Source: Candidatus Obscuribacter sp. (GTDB lineage Bacteria > Cyanobacteriota > Vampirovibrionia > Obscuribacterales > Obscuribacteraceae). Taken from it: a stretch of DNA of 64,000 bases. Below, piece by piece: positions 21,393 to 30,986 of this stretch (positions within the stretch are counted from its first letter, which is position 1; every line of letters starts with the position of its first letter). The stretch covers positions 5,477,300-5,541,299 of the forward strand of contig JADJQZ010000001.1 of NCBI GenBank assembly GCA_016712465.1. The letters are read 5' to 3'. The translations under genes were made by a program, and so were the position numbers. The notes under the pieces were generated by a model that was given only the letters and a program-made list of their open reading frames with translations, was not told where the DNA came from and made no database searches.

Positions 21393-22695
21393 ACGGACCT
21401 ACCTGGATCCAATCCACCAGGACATCGTACTGGACTGGGATAAACCCGCCGAAAGGCTGGTCATAGACCTTATTGATGCCGTGGAGTTTCAAAGGCTGAG
21501 ACGCATTCATCAGCTCGGGGTCTCCTATTTCACCTTTCAAGGCGCGGAAGGCTCACGCTTCACGCACTCCGTCGGCGTCATGCATGTGGCATCGCGCCTG
21601 GCTGAAATACTCATTTCAAGACAGCCGGAAGCGGAGAGCGAACGGGCCGTCATCCTCGCCTCCGCCCTTCTGCACGACGTCGGGCACGGACCCTTCAGCC
21701 ACGTCACCGAAAAAATTCTCGGCTACGACCACGAAGACTGGTCTTGCAAAGTCGTCTCCGGCGACACGCAGATTAGAGCCATCCTCGACAACTATAAAGA
21801 AGAGCCGGGACTGGCCGACAAGATTGTCAAAGTCTTGAAGAAAACCTATTCGCCCCACTACGTCTCGCACATAGTCTCAAGCCAGCTTGACTGCGACCGC
21901 TTCGACTACCTGCTGCGCGACAGCTATATGACCGGCACCGCCTACGGACTCTTCGCCATGAAGCGCATCTTGCGCTCAATGGAAATCGACGAAAACGAAG
22001 ACCGCCTGCTAGTTGTAGGCGAGAAAGGGCAAATAGCCGTGGAAGACTATCTCTTCGCACGCTATTCTATGTACGCCCAGGTTTACTACCACCGCAAAAA
22101 TCTGGCAGCCAGAGCCATGTTAGGCAAGCTCATCCAGAGAGCAAAATTCGTCATGGAGCAAAGCCCCGGCGAAATCTCTTTCATCGACGAAGAAACACAG
22201 CTCTGGCTCACCGGTCAGCCCCTGACCGTAGAACAATATCTGCGCCTCGACGACGTACAATTTTTCTACCATATTAAGCGCTGGCTCAAAGACAAAGACC
22301 CTATCCTGCAAGACATGGCCTTCCGCTTTCTCAATCGTCGCATCTTCAAAGCCAGCCGCATAAATAGCCGCGACAAAGCTGAAATCGCCGCCATCGAAGC
22401 CCAGGCCCGCCAGGCTGTAGCCTCTCTCGGCTACGACCCGGAATACTATGTAGCAGTAGAATCAACGGGCTTCCGCCCCTACGATTACTACCGCCCCGAA
22501 GAAGAGCATCCCCAAACCAATATCATGGTGCGCACCGAATCCGGTGAAATCAAAGAACTATCGCAACTGAGCCTGGCCGTAGAAGCGCTTGTGAAAGGCA
22601 ACTACGAATCATACTGGCTTGTCTACCCGCAAGAAGCAGCCGACAAAATCAAGGAAATCAAAGAGCCGGCTCTCACCCACGCCAAAGTATTCTAA
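21373..22695 (+). CDS. HD-domain phosphohydrolase (dNTP triphosphohydrolase/SAMHD1-like family)
   Basis: RFTHSVGVMHVASRLAE and LLHDVGHGPFSH motifs, followed by DRFDYLLRDS. Confidence 0.8.
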   Translation: MPRVSNKRTYLDPIHQDIVLDWDKPAERLVIDLIDAVEFQRLRRIHQLGVSYFTFQGAEGSRFTHSVGVMHVASRLAEILISRQPEAESERAVILASALLHDVGHGPFSHVTEKILGYDHEDWSCKVVSGDTQIRAILDNYKEEPGLADKIVKVLKKTYSPHYVSHIVSSQLDCDRFDYLLRDSYMTGTAYGLFAMKRILRSMEIDENEDRLLVVGEKGQIAVEDYLFARYSMYAQVYYHRKNLAARAMLGKLIQRAKFVMEQSPGEISFIDEETQLWLTGQPLTVEQYLRLDDVQFFYHIKRWLKDKDPILQDMAFRFLNRRIFKASRINSRDKAEIAAIEAQARQAVASLGYDPEYYVAVESTGFRPYDYYRPEEEHPQTNIMVRTESGEIKELSQLSLAVEALVKGNYESYWLVYPQEAADKIKEIKEPALTHAKVF

Positions 22696-22780
22696 ATTCA
22701 AAATCGGAAAATCGTCAGACAAAACTGAGACACACTGCGACAAAATAAGCTAAAGAGAAGCGCAAAGAGGAAGCATCCAA

Positions 22781-24331
22781 ATGTTCGATAATCTCACAGA
22801 CAAGCTGCACGGCGCCTTTCGTTCCCTCACCGGTAACGATAAGCTTACCGCCGAGAACATCGAAGAGGCCATCAGAGAAGTAAGAAAGTCTCTTTTGGAA
22901 GCCGACGTCAGCTTGAAGGTCGTCAAAATCTTCATTTCCAACGTGCGCCAGAAAGCACTTGGCGCCGACGTTCTCACCGCCGTGCGACCCGACCAGCAGT
23001 TTGTCAAAATCGTCCACGACGAACTCGTCACCATCCTCGGTGGCGAGCACAGCCCCCTCAACCACAAAGGCAACCCCGGCATCGTCATGATGGTCGGCTT
23101 GCAAGGCGCCGGTAAAACCACGGCCTGCGGCAAACTGGCTAACAAACTGAAAGCCGAGGGCGAAAAGCCGCTCTTGGTCGCCTGCGACGTGCAGCGCCCC
23201 GCCGCCATTCACCAGTTGCAAACCCTGGGCAAACAAATAGACGTGCCTGTCTTCACCATCGAAGGCAACATGGACGTGCAAGAAATTGCCGAAGCCGCCG
23301 TCAAAGAAGCGAAAGAAAAGGGCCTTAACCCGGTCATCCTCGACACCGCCGGCCGCCTGCAAGTAGACACGCCGCTCATGGCCGAGCTTTTGATCATCGA
23401 CCGCTTCCTCAAACCGCAAGAAAAAATTCTCGTGGTAGACAGCATGACCGGTCAGGAAGCCGTCAACGTCGCCGAAACCTTCAACACCCAGCTCGACCTG
23501 ACGGGCTTGCTCTTGACCAAAGTAGACGGTGACGCCAGAGGCGGCGCCGCCCTCTCAGTGCGCGAAGCCGTGGGCAAACCGGTCAAGTTCATCTCCACCG
23601 GCGAAAAACTCGACAACCTGGAAACCTTCTACCCCGACCGCATGGCCGGCCGCATCCTTGACATGGGCGACGTGGTATCCCTCGTTGAGCGCGCCCAGAA
23701 GACCATCGACGAAAAAGAAGCCACCGAAACCATCATGGAGATGTTCACCAAAGACCTCAACTTCGAGAGCTTTGTGAAAATGCAGGGCATGATGAAAGGC
23801 CTCGGCAACATGGGCGACATCATGAAAATGATGGGCTTCGGCGGCATGTTCGGCATTTCCACCGACCAGCAAAAGGTTATCGCCACCGAAGGCGAAGCCA
23901 TGATGAACATGTACCAGATTGCCATCAACTCTATGACCAAGGAAGAGCGCCGCAACCCCGACCTTATAGATTACAAGCGTCGCCGCCGCATCGCCAAAGG
24001 CAGCGGTCTCAAAGATAATGAGATCGGCAAAATGTTAAATGACTTTCAAAAAATGCGAGAAGTCTTCCGCTCCTTCCGTCAGATGATGGGCGGCGGCGGT
24101 GGTTTCCCGGGCATGCCCGGTATGCCCGGCATGGGTGGCTTCCCCGGTATGCCCGGTATGGGCGGCTTCCCCGGCATGGGTGGTCCCGGCATGGGCGGCG
24201 GCGGTGGACGCCCCGGCATGCCCCCGATGCCCCCCGGCTTCCAGGGCATGGGCCAGCGCCCCGCCGCCAAAAGCGGCAGCGGCTACTCAGGCGGCGCCTT
24301 CTTCAGCAAGAAGAAAAAGAAGAAGAAATAG
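22781..24331 (+). CDS. ffh: Signal recognition particle protein Ffh with an extended Gly/Met/Pro-rich, poly-Lys-terminated tail
   Basis: GLQGAGKTT, DTAGRL and LTKVDGDARGGAALS motifs. Met-rich M domain. About 516 aa. Confidence 0.97.
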   Translation: MFDNLTDKLHGAFRSLTGNDKLTAENIEEAIREVRKSLLEADVSLKVVKIFISNVRQKALGADVLTAVRPDQQFVKIVHDELVTILGGEHSPLNHKGNPGIVMMVGLQGAGKTTACGKLANKLKAEGEKPLLVACDVQRPAAIHQLQTLGKQIDVPVFTIEGNMDVQEIAEAAVKEAKEKGLNPVILDTAGRLQVDTPLMAELLIIDRFLKPQEKILVVDSMTGQEAVNVAETFNTQLDLTGLLLTKVDGDARGGAALSVREAVGKPVKFISTGEKLDNLETFYPDRMAGRILDMGDVVSLVERAQKTIDEKEATETIMEMFTKDLNFESFVKMQGMMKGLGNMGDIMKMMGFGGMFGISTDQQKVIATEGEAMMNMYQIAINSMTKEERRNPDLIDYKRRRRIAKGSGLKDNEIGKMLNDFQKMREVFRSFRQMMGGGGGFPGMPGMPGMGGFPGMPGMGGFPGMGGPGMGGGGGRPGMPPMPPGFQGMGQRPAAKSGSGYSGGAFFSKKKKKKK

Positions 24332-24447
24332 GTGCCGGCAAGTTGCGCTAGGTTAACAACATATACTGTTCGGACATACGGCTTGGCGCTTCCTACTGGT
24401 AGAATTGCTATTTGCAGTCTTTTTGATTAAATGGAGAAAGATAGTCA

Positions 24448-24702
24448 GTGGTTAAAATCAGGCTTAAGCGCGTTGGCGCCAAAAAAGCCCCGCATTATAG
24501 AATCGTCGCCGTAGACTCCCGTATGAGACGCGATGGCATGCCCATCGAAGAACTCGGTTATTACAACCCCCGTTCCAAAGAGCTCAACGTCAACAGGGAA
24601 GCAGTTGAAAAATGGATGAAAAACGGAGCCCAGGCAAGCGATACGGTAGCAAGCCTTTTAAAAAGGGACCAAGGCGCTTCGGCCCAAGTAGCGGGCGCGT
24701 AA
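24448..24702 (+). CDS. rpsP: 30S ribosomal protein S16
   Basis: [30 protein letters not shown] is a classic bS16 N-terminus. Confidence 0.95.
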   Translation: MVKIRLKRVGAKKAPHYRIVAVDSRMRRDGMPIEELGYYNPRSKELNVNREAVEKWMKNGAQASDTVASLLKRDQGASAQVAGA

Positions 24703-24959
24703 GACAGCCGGTCATCCAAACGACCGCGCCGGAAGATCTGGCCGAGTACATACTTAAGGTACTGGCCAAAGATCCTGACGCCCTACAATTTGAACGCGAA
24801 CAACTAAACCCGGGTCGCAGCCGTATCAACGTCACTTGCGACCCGCTGGTGACCGGACGCCTCATCGGCAAAGACGGTCGTACCATCACGGCGCTGCGCT
24901 CGCTCATCAGAGCGGCCGCCAGCCGCTACGGTAAAAGAGTAGATATCGAAGTCTCCTGA
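24612..24959 (+). CDS. KH-domain RNA-binding protein (UPF0109/YlqC-like); start uncertain
   Basis: C-terminal 75 aa match the KH protein usually found after rpsP ([18 protein letters not shown]). The only ATG (24612) overlaps rpsP by 91 nt, and no ATG, GTG or TTG lies downstream in frame. Confidence 0.7.
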   Translation: MDEKRSPGKRYGSKPFKKGPRRFGPSSGRVRQPVIQTTAPEDLAEYILKVLAKDPDALQFEREQLNPGRSRINVTCDPLVTGRLIGKDGRTITALRSLIRAAASRYGKRVDIEVS

Positions 24960-24981
24960 ACACCTTCACGGGAGACAGATA

Positions 24982-25587
24982 GTGACTCAAAATAATTCAG
25001 AAGAGCCAGGAAGGGACCTGATAAAGGTACTCCTGGCTGAAGGTGTAATTTCTCAGGCTCAAGCAGACCTCGCCGCGCGAGATGCTGAAAACATGAGCAT
25101 GGGACTAGATGATGTATTGCTAGCCAGGCGCTGGGTGACGGAAGAGACGTTGCAGCGGCTGGCTCCCTGGCTTTTTGGGGGGGCGGGGGCTGGTGCTGGT
25201 GGAGTGGGCTCGGGAAGTGGTGGTGCGGGGGCGGGTGGTTCTACTGCAAGTGCTGGTGCAAGTGACTCGAAGAATAATGGCGGGGCGGCGGGCTCCACAA
25301 GCGCATCCGATTCGAACACAGGTACTGCGGGGGCGGCGAGCAGTGGGGCGACTGGAACTTCGGGAAGTGCTGGAACGGCGGGTGTCGGCTCTGGTTCTGG
25401 AGCCGGGCGGACTTCTGGTGCAGGAATTGGACGAGCATCCGCGTCGGGAATGAAGGCCGCGGATAAGGACTCGCAGGGAGCTGAAGCGGAAGGCTTGAAA
25501 GAAATGAAGGGTTCTTCGGATGATTACGGTGAGAACCTAGCACGGTATCGATCGATAGTGAGGCAGATCCTCGGGAATGAGGGGTAG
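24982..25587 (+). CDS. Stand-alone T2SSE_N/MshEN-like domain protein with a long Gly/Ala/Ser-rich tail
   Basis: N-terminal LIKVLLAEGVISQAQADLAARDAE..LDDVLLARRWVTEETLQRL resembles the N-terminal domain of GspE/MshE ATPases. The rest is low complexity. GTG start. Confidence 0.45.
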   Translation: MTQNNSEEPGRDLIKVLLAEGVISQAQADLAARDAENMSMGLDDVLLARRWVTEETLQRLAPWLFGGAGAGAGGVGSGSGGAGAGGSTASAGASDSKNNGGAAGSTSASDSNTGTAGAASSGATGTSGSAGTAGVGSGSGAGRTSGAGIGRASASGMKAADKDSQGAEAEGLKEMKGSSDDYGENLARYRSIVRQILGNEG

Positions 25588-26102
25588 GGGTCGTGATGCG
25601 GATTCGGTGGGAGGAATTGTGGTTTACAGGGAAGAGAGAAATCGAGCACTTCGGATAGCTTAAAGCCAATCCTTCAGTTAGCTCTTTGCATATTGGGATT
25701 TCAGATCGGATGGCAAAAAGTCGTTTCTGGAATGGCACTATATGTAGTGTTTGTTTTCACGACCAATTGAGATCGTGAAAGTGCCGGTCAAAGCGGAACG
25801 CTAATGATGCTTGTCACCTGCATGTGCCTGGTTCGGGGGATTGCTACTAAATTTGTTGGATGGTGCCGCAAAGTCTTTTCTAAAAAGGATCATCTTCCCT
25901 CACTATAGAGACTCCAATATCGACAGAGGGAGAATTGCAAGTAAAATGAATGTGATTCTATACATACACGAGTTCGTTAATATAGGTTTGATATCAAATG
26001 TTCGAAGTCGATAAACCAATCGAAAATATCCAGGAAGATCAATTCAACCGGAGTGTTTTTGCGGAATCCATCGCAAAGGGTTTGTCGACTTGGAAGAGGG
26101 CG

Positions 26103-26110
26103 GACTCGAG
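26103..26110. repeat. Target-site duplication GACTCGAG (left copy)
   Basis: Identical 8-mer directly abutting both IS ends. Confidence 0.8.
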
Positions 26111-27728
26111 GGCGGAGCATTTTTTGTTCTGTAAATTCAGTCCCGGAGCGGTTTAATCTTTCTGGTGTCATATAGCTCGAAGACCTGATTTTGAATATAC
26201 CACAAAAAAGACAATTAACAGGTGAAGATTTTCGAGTACAAAGCAGGACTCTGCGGTACTGCCAGTAGTATCATCCGCTGATCCTGTACTTGATAGATTG
26301 GATGAAACAGCCGCGCCAGGTCCTGGCGCCACGGCATTGTCCCCGACGTTTGTATGTGATTGCGAACGAGACAGCCCACCTTTTGGGGAGGTGAGCTATC
26401 TCGTTCGCTCAGGGCGCTCTATTACGCATGAGCTGCCACTGCCAAATAGATGTGTCGCTCTATTCTACCGGTTGGGACGGCGTGTTAGCGAAACTTAGGT
26501 AGCATTTGTCAGTCTGCCAGTCCTCGGAGATCTCCATCACAACCGCAGTTACTAGTCGCAGGCATGAGCCGAGTTTGGGAAGATCGATACAACCCGTGTG
26601 CGCCGCTTAATCTCCTTGTTCAGGCGCTCGACACCATTAGTAGTTCGAGTCCGAATTCGATGTTTGGCTGGCAATTTGAAGACCGTAAGACCTTCCGGTA
26701 TATTTTCCGCCATCCAATTTGATAGGCGTGGGGCTGTCTTCTCATAGCTTGCTACGGTCTTGCTCAAAAGCCTTTCCGCTTCCTTCCCATCCGGCGCATT
26801 GAATATGTTACGTATGTCCGCTGCGACCTGAAGCTTCATTTCCTGCTTTGGCACGTGCTTTTGCGCATTCTGCTGGAGATGGTACTGGCATCTCTGCCAT
26901 GGAACAGCCGGAAATACTGCTTTGCGAGCCGCTTTTAGTCCCGCATGATCATCACTGATGAACATTTGGACTCCGTGTAAGCCTCTGTGCTGGAGAGAAT
27001 GCAAGAACTTTCTCCAATGAATCTCCGCTTCAGAGAGCTCAACCGACACTCCCAAGACCTCGCGCTTCCCGCTCTCGGATACCCCGACTGCAACAAGAAC
27101 TGCCTGATCTATGACAACACCTCCCTCTCTCACGTTCTCGTAGCGTGCATCTAGGTATACATAGCGGAAGCGATCGAGGGGCCGCTCTCTCCACGAGGAG
27201 AATAGCTCATCAAGCTGGGATGTCGCCTTGCTGACAGAAGCCGAACTGACTTCAAAGCCGCACAGCTCCTGGGTTATCGACATCACTTTGCGCGTTGATA
27301 CGCCCTGTAGATACATCTCCGCTATAGCCAATGTAAGTGCTTTCTCGGAGCGCTGACCCTTCTCTAGGCAGTTAGGATAGAATTTCCCGTCCCTTGTCTG
27401 CGGGACCGCTAGCGGTATCTCACCTACTCTTGTCTTAATCGTCTTTGGCTTAAACCCGTTGGCATGTGTGGTTCTTGCCTCTGTTCGTTCGTAGGTCCGG
27501 CACCTAAATGCTTCTCTCGCTCAGCTAACATGCCGCATTTAGCAAAATCTGAATGGCATCTCCTATGCGCTCCAGACCGCCCTCTGACAGTATTTCCAGG
27601 ATATTCCCTTGGATGTATTTTGTGCTATCATCTTGTAAGACCATCGGTTGTCCTTCTTTCTTGCAATTGAAAGATTAACCGAGGTCTCCCCCTTTTGACC
27701 GCTTTTACAGAAAGTTTCTTGCACCGAC
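26111..27728 (-). mobile_element. IS256-family insertion sequence (1618 bp) with imperfect terminal inverted repeats
   Basis: Left end GGCGGAGCA......TTCTGTAAA..C.GTC versus the reverse complement of the right end GTCGGTGCA......TTCTGTAAA..C.GTC (about 20 of 32 matches). Flanked by an 8-bp direct repeat. Encodes a Mutator/IS256-type transposase. Confidence 0.8.
26460..27644 (-). pseudogene. IS256-family (Mutator-type) transposase, disrupted by at least 3 frameshifts
   Basis: Homologous segments lie in four frames: MVLQDD..ILLNAAC*, then MLAEREKHLGAGP, then YERTEARTTHANGFKPKTIKTRVGEIPLAVPQTRDG..AEMYLQGVSTRKV..RRTRVVSIFPN (the 26552-27331 ORF), then LRLVTAVVMEISEDW..*. Confidence 0.85.
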
Positions 27729-27736
27729 GACTCGAG
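27729..27736. repeat. Target-site duplication GACTCGAG (right copy)
   Basis: Identical 8-mer directly abutting both IS ends. Confidence 0.8.
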
Positions 27737-29050
27737 CTTAACTGTCGCTATATATGGTGAATGGGGTGGTGGTAAGACATCAGTAAAAAATCTAGTCAGA
27801 CACCATCTAAGCTCTAGCGAGAGGAAGTTCAGATGGATTGACTTTAATCCTTGGTACTGGAGCGGATCTGATGAACTTGCAACGTTTTTGTTTTCTGAAA
27901 TTGACAAGGAATTGAGCGACAACCTTATCACTGAAGAAAAGGAAACCGAACTCAAGACAAGCTGGAGAGATTGGTCAAAGCTAAGCTCACTAACAGGAAA
28001 AGGACTAAATATCGTTGGTGCCGGAATGAAGTTGCTTGATATTCCTGGCAATACAATAGTCTCAACTGGCGGAAAGGCATTCGAGAACCTGGGTGAGGTC
28101 TGCCAGAACGCTCAAGACCTTTCGGCGGCAGGGAAGACCGTAGAAATCCCCAGCCTGTCTGCGCTTCGAGGCCACTTATATTCGCTAATGCAAGACCTCA
28201 AGGAGCCCGTGATAGTAGCAGTTGATGACATAGATCGGTTAACTGCTGCTGAAGTCAGGCAGCTGTTTCAGTTGATCAAGGCAAATTCAGATTTTCCAAA
28301 TCTAGCATTTTTATTATTGTGCCAGAGAGAAGTTGTAGAAGCCTGCTTGTCAGAACTTCTTCCAAAAGAGTTAGACAGTAGATTTCCAACCGGAAGATTC
28401 TTTCTGGACAAAATCGTTCATGTCGGCCTAACACTACCGCCACTTCCAAGTGATCAAGTTCTCTTAAAGCTTCAAGAGCGAACCAAGAGCGTTGTAGGAG
28501 AATTTCAGGATGTAAAAGGGATTTCGGAGCAACTTGACCAAGCTTGTTCTGCTATCCTCCCATTTTTTACAACGATGAGACATGTGATTAGGTTTGCGAC
28601 AGGACTATCTTTCCAGTGTGGAATTTTTCTTCGGGATGGCGCTGAAGGAATCTTTCCACCCGATCTAGTAATGCTTGAGGGACTTCGAATGTTCGAACCC
28701 GATGTTTTTAATCAGCTGCCGAAGTTGAGACTTGATTTGGCTGGTGAGGGTGCCCGAACGAAAGTAAACGAGATTCTAACAAGCCTCCGGGAAGAACGAC
28801 GGGAGATTTCCAATAAAATCCTAAGCAGGCTTATACCAGCAAGCTCGGGCGAAATGTCACCATTTTCCATATCTGAGGACGACAGAAGTAGGTATAGGTT
28901 TTACCTGGAGTCCGTTTTTGACAACTATTTCAAATTCGTAAGATTGCATGTAAAAAGGTTTGAAGAGGGCGTGAATATCTCAGGGTGAGCACTTGAGTCT
29001 GTAATACCTGTTGAAACCGGTCTAAAAGCGCAAAGAGAAGGGCATTACGT

Positions 29051-30361
29051 TCAATTCTCTTTTGTCACTTTTCTTAGGTGCTCTAAGGGAATTGCCCAAC
29101 GATAGTTGGAACGTCCCTCAAGAAAAACTCCTAGTCCATCTTGAATCATAACAAGAGTGACGAAGTACGGAGGAGCAAGCACACAATTTTGTTTCCTGGC
29201 AGCATCAAGAACGATTGAAAATTCGTGAATAAAGGAATTCTCAATTCTGTTGGCGAGATGAAGATAGCTTTCCCCTGAAGATCCTAACTTCTTGAAGTCT
29301 TTTTCAAGATCCATCATGAATCGAGGACACTCAATGCAAAACAAATCAAAGAGCTTGTGCTCCCTATCACAGTCTGCTTTGGTAAAGGCTCGGCCGAAGT
29401 ACCGTTCTTTTGTATTAAACAAATGCCTAATTCCGAATCCACCCCTGCCCAGCTTTGAAAAGAGTGGATCAGCAAGGCGTACTGAGTATTTGAGATGACC
29501 GAATAGTGACATGGCAACGTAGACACCATGAAGATTCTCATATGCTTCGAAAAAGTGAAACGGGTTATGGTCGAGTTGTGCAAACTCATCGTTTGTCATC
29601 GCGCCAGGCTCCACTGAGACCGGATTGTCGATTTGAGAGGCACTATTCAAAATGAAGTCGCGTATGGCATCAAATTCGGATTGCAGCACTATTTCACCGC
29701 AGTCGCTTTCAAAGGCACAGAATGCCAAATAATTAAGAGCAATTTTTGAAATCGTCCTTCTAATATCCTTATCAATCGTTCCTTCAATAATTGCAAAAAC
29801 TTCAGAGGTCTCATCCATGGAATCACCTAGAGTAAGAGCATCGTGCCTGAATTTGACGCCGACTTTTTGCAATATTCCTTTTAATCGATCGTGCTCTTCG
29901 GTACTCTCGGCGAAGATGTAGACTGTGCGATGATCTTTGGGACGCCACTGAAGCTTATCTAAAATCTCGGACTCAGCCAAGTTCTTGGTCCAAATGACTT
30001 CCTTCTTTCCATTGGCAGATACAACCACAATCTGCTGCTCTGGAATGGCCTTCTTCGACTGAGAGTCGAAGCTTGGAAAAATGTGCCCAAAGATGTTATC
30101 TCCGCCAACTTCGAGGGACCATCTTAGACGATCATTCCTCAATCGTGCCCTACGTGATTTCTTCACCTTGTACTGAGCTGCAAGCATTCCCTCGAACGAG
30201 TCTTCCTTGAAGACTGTTTCTAACTTGCTGAGTTCGCCGTTGCAGGTTGCGCACACCTGCCTGAGAATTGGTGAGTTGGATTCAAATGTTCCTAGACTTC
30301 TAGGAATGACGTGCTCTCTTCCCGGCTTTGACATTTGTTCTAAGCAATAGATGCACTTCAT
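29051..30361 (-). CDS. HNH-finger (beta-beta-alpha-Me) nuclease domain protein with a large uncharacterised C-terminal region
   Basis: N-terminus CIYC..(8)..REHVIPRSLG..VCATCNGELS is a CxxC/H/CxxC HNH zinc-finger arrangement. The remaining ~370 aa were not recognised. Confidence 0.6.
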   Translation of the reverse strand: MKCIYCLEQMSKPGREHVIPRSLGTFESNSPILRQVCATCNGELSKLETVFKEDSFEGMLAAQYKVKKSRRARLRNDRLRWSLEVGGDNIFGHIFPSFDSQSKKAIPEQQIVVVSANGKKEVIWTKNLAESEILDKLQWRPKDHRTVYIFAESTEEHDRLKGILQKVGVKFRHDALTLGDSMDETSEVFAIIEGTIDKDIRRTISKIALNYLAFCAFESDCGEIVLQSEFDAIRDFILNSASQIDNPVSVEPGAMTNDEFAQLDHNPFHFFEAYENLHGVYVAMSLFGHLKYSVRLADPLFSKLGRGGFGIRHLFNTKERYFGRAFTKADCDREHKLFDLFCIECPRFMMDLEKDFKKLGSSGESYLHLANRIENSFIHEFSIVLDAARKQNCVLAPPYFVTLVMIQDGLGVFLEGRSNYRWAIPLEHLRKVTKEN

Positions 30362-30554
30362 CGATTGTTCCAGAGATGAGTACCAAGGATCGATTCTATT
30401 GTACTATGCATATTCTGTGCGATCTGCGATCAATGAAGCTCAGCCCCAGCCGTTTCTGTCCGAGCGTAAATCCTGCACAGTCAGAGTACAATTCAGAGAG
30501 GGTGAAGATCTAAAGCTCGACGGATTTATGGACCGCTGTTCCTCCAAGTGTCTT

Positions 30555-30761
30555 TCAACAGTTACCCTTTCGGCTCATGCTTTGAATCGAGCCATATTGG
30601 TCCAGTCGCGCTCTGAAGTCCAGGCTCGCGTATTGGCTACCACGGTCTGAGTACCCCACAACTGGGGCTCGCCCTCGTCTTCCGACTCCCTTCAGCAAGG
30701 CTTCAGAGACGAGGCTTGTCGCCATGTGAGGCGCCATGGACCACCCAATGATTATTATCAA
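30555..30761 (-). pseudogene. Remnant of an IS3-family transposase (rve/DDE integrase core fragment)
   Basis: YSDRGSQYASLDFRARLDQYGSIQSMSRKGNC matches the HSDRGSQYTS..SMSR.GNCYDNA core. It is truncated at both ends by stops, with no intact partner ORF. Confidence 0.75.
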
Positions 30762-30986
30762 GGGGTGTCATTATTATTGTCCGCCACCATGCCTCAGCCC
30801 AAATCTAACCAAGGGCTGTTCTCAACAACCCAGCAGGAGCGAACAGACTTAAAGTCGAACAAGACCAAGCTTGGCAGGCGGTCAAACATCCCATAGACAG
30901 CACAAAGGCACGGCACCCGCCCACATAGCCAACCCTTTCACAAACAGAGGCTTACCCTATCGTAGAATCTAGCAAAGAAACAGAAA

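Larger units (their letters stand above)
25998..28988 (+). pseudogene. KAP-family P-loop NTPase gene interrupted by an IS insertion (exon-like parts 25998-26110 and 27737-28988)
   Basis: Left part: MFEVDKPIENIQEDQFNRSVFAESIAKGLSTWKRADS. Right part continues in frame after removal of the IS and one TSD copy: SLTVAIYGEWGGGKTSV (Walker A) .. VIVAVDDIDRLTAAEVRQLFQLIK (KAP Walker B block). The reconstructed protein is about 454 aa. Confidence 0.85.

Noticed and set aside
24079-24356. Alternative-frame ORFs (PGMPG- and PAWAA-rich) overlapping the ffh 3' end
   Set aside because: They are frame artefacts of the GC-rich Gly/Met/Pro repeat region. The ffh frame is continuous with the conserved M domain.
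25059-25738. ORFs 25059-25319, 25175-25453 and 25241-25738 overlapping or antisense to the GAS-rich gene
   Set aside because: They are low-complexity translations of the same repeat-like DNA. None has a recognisable domain or good start context.
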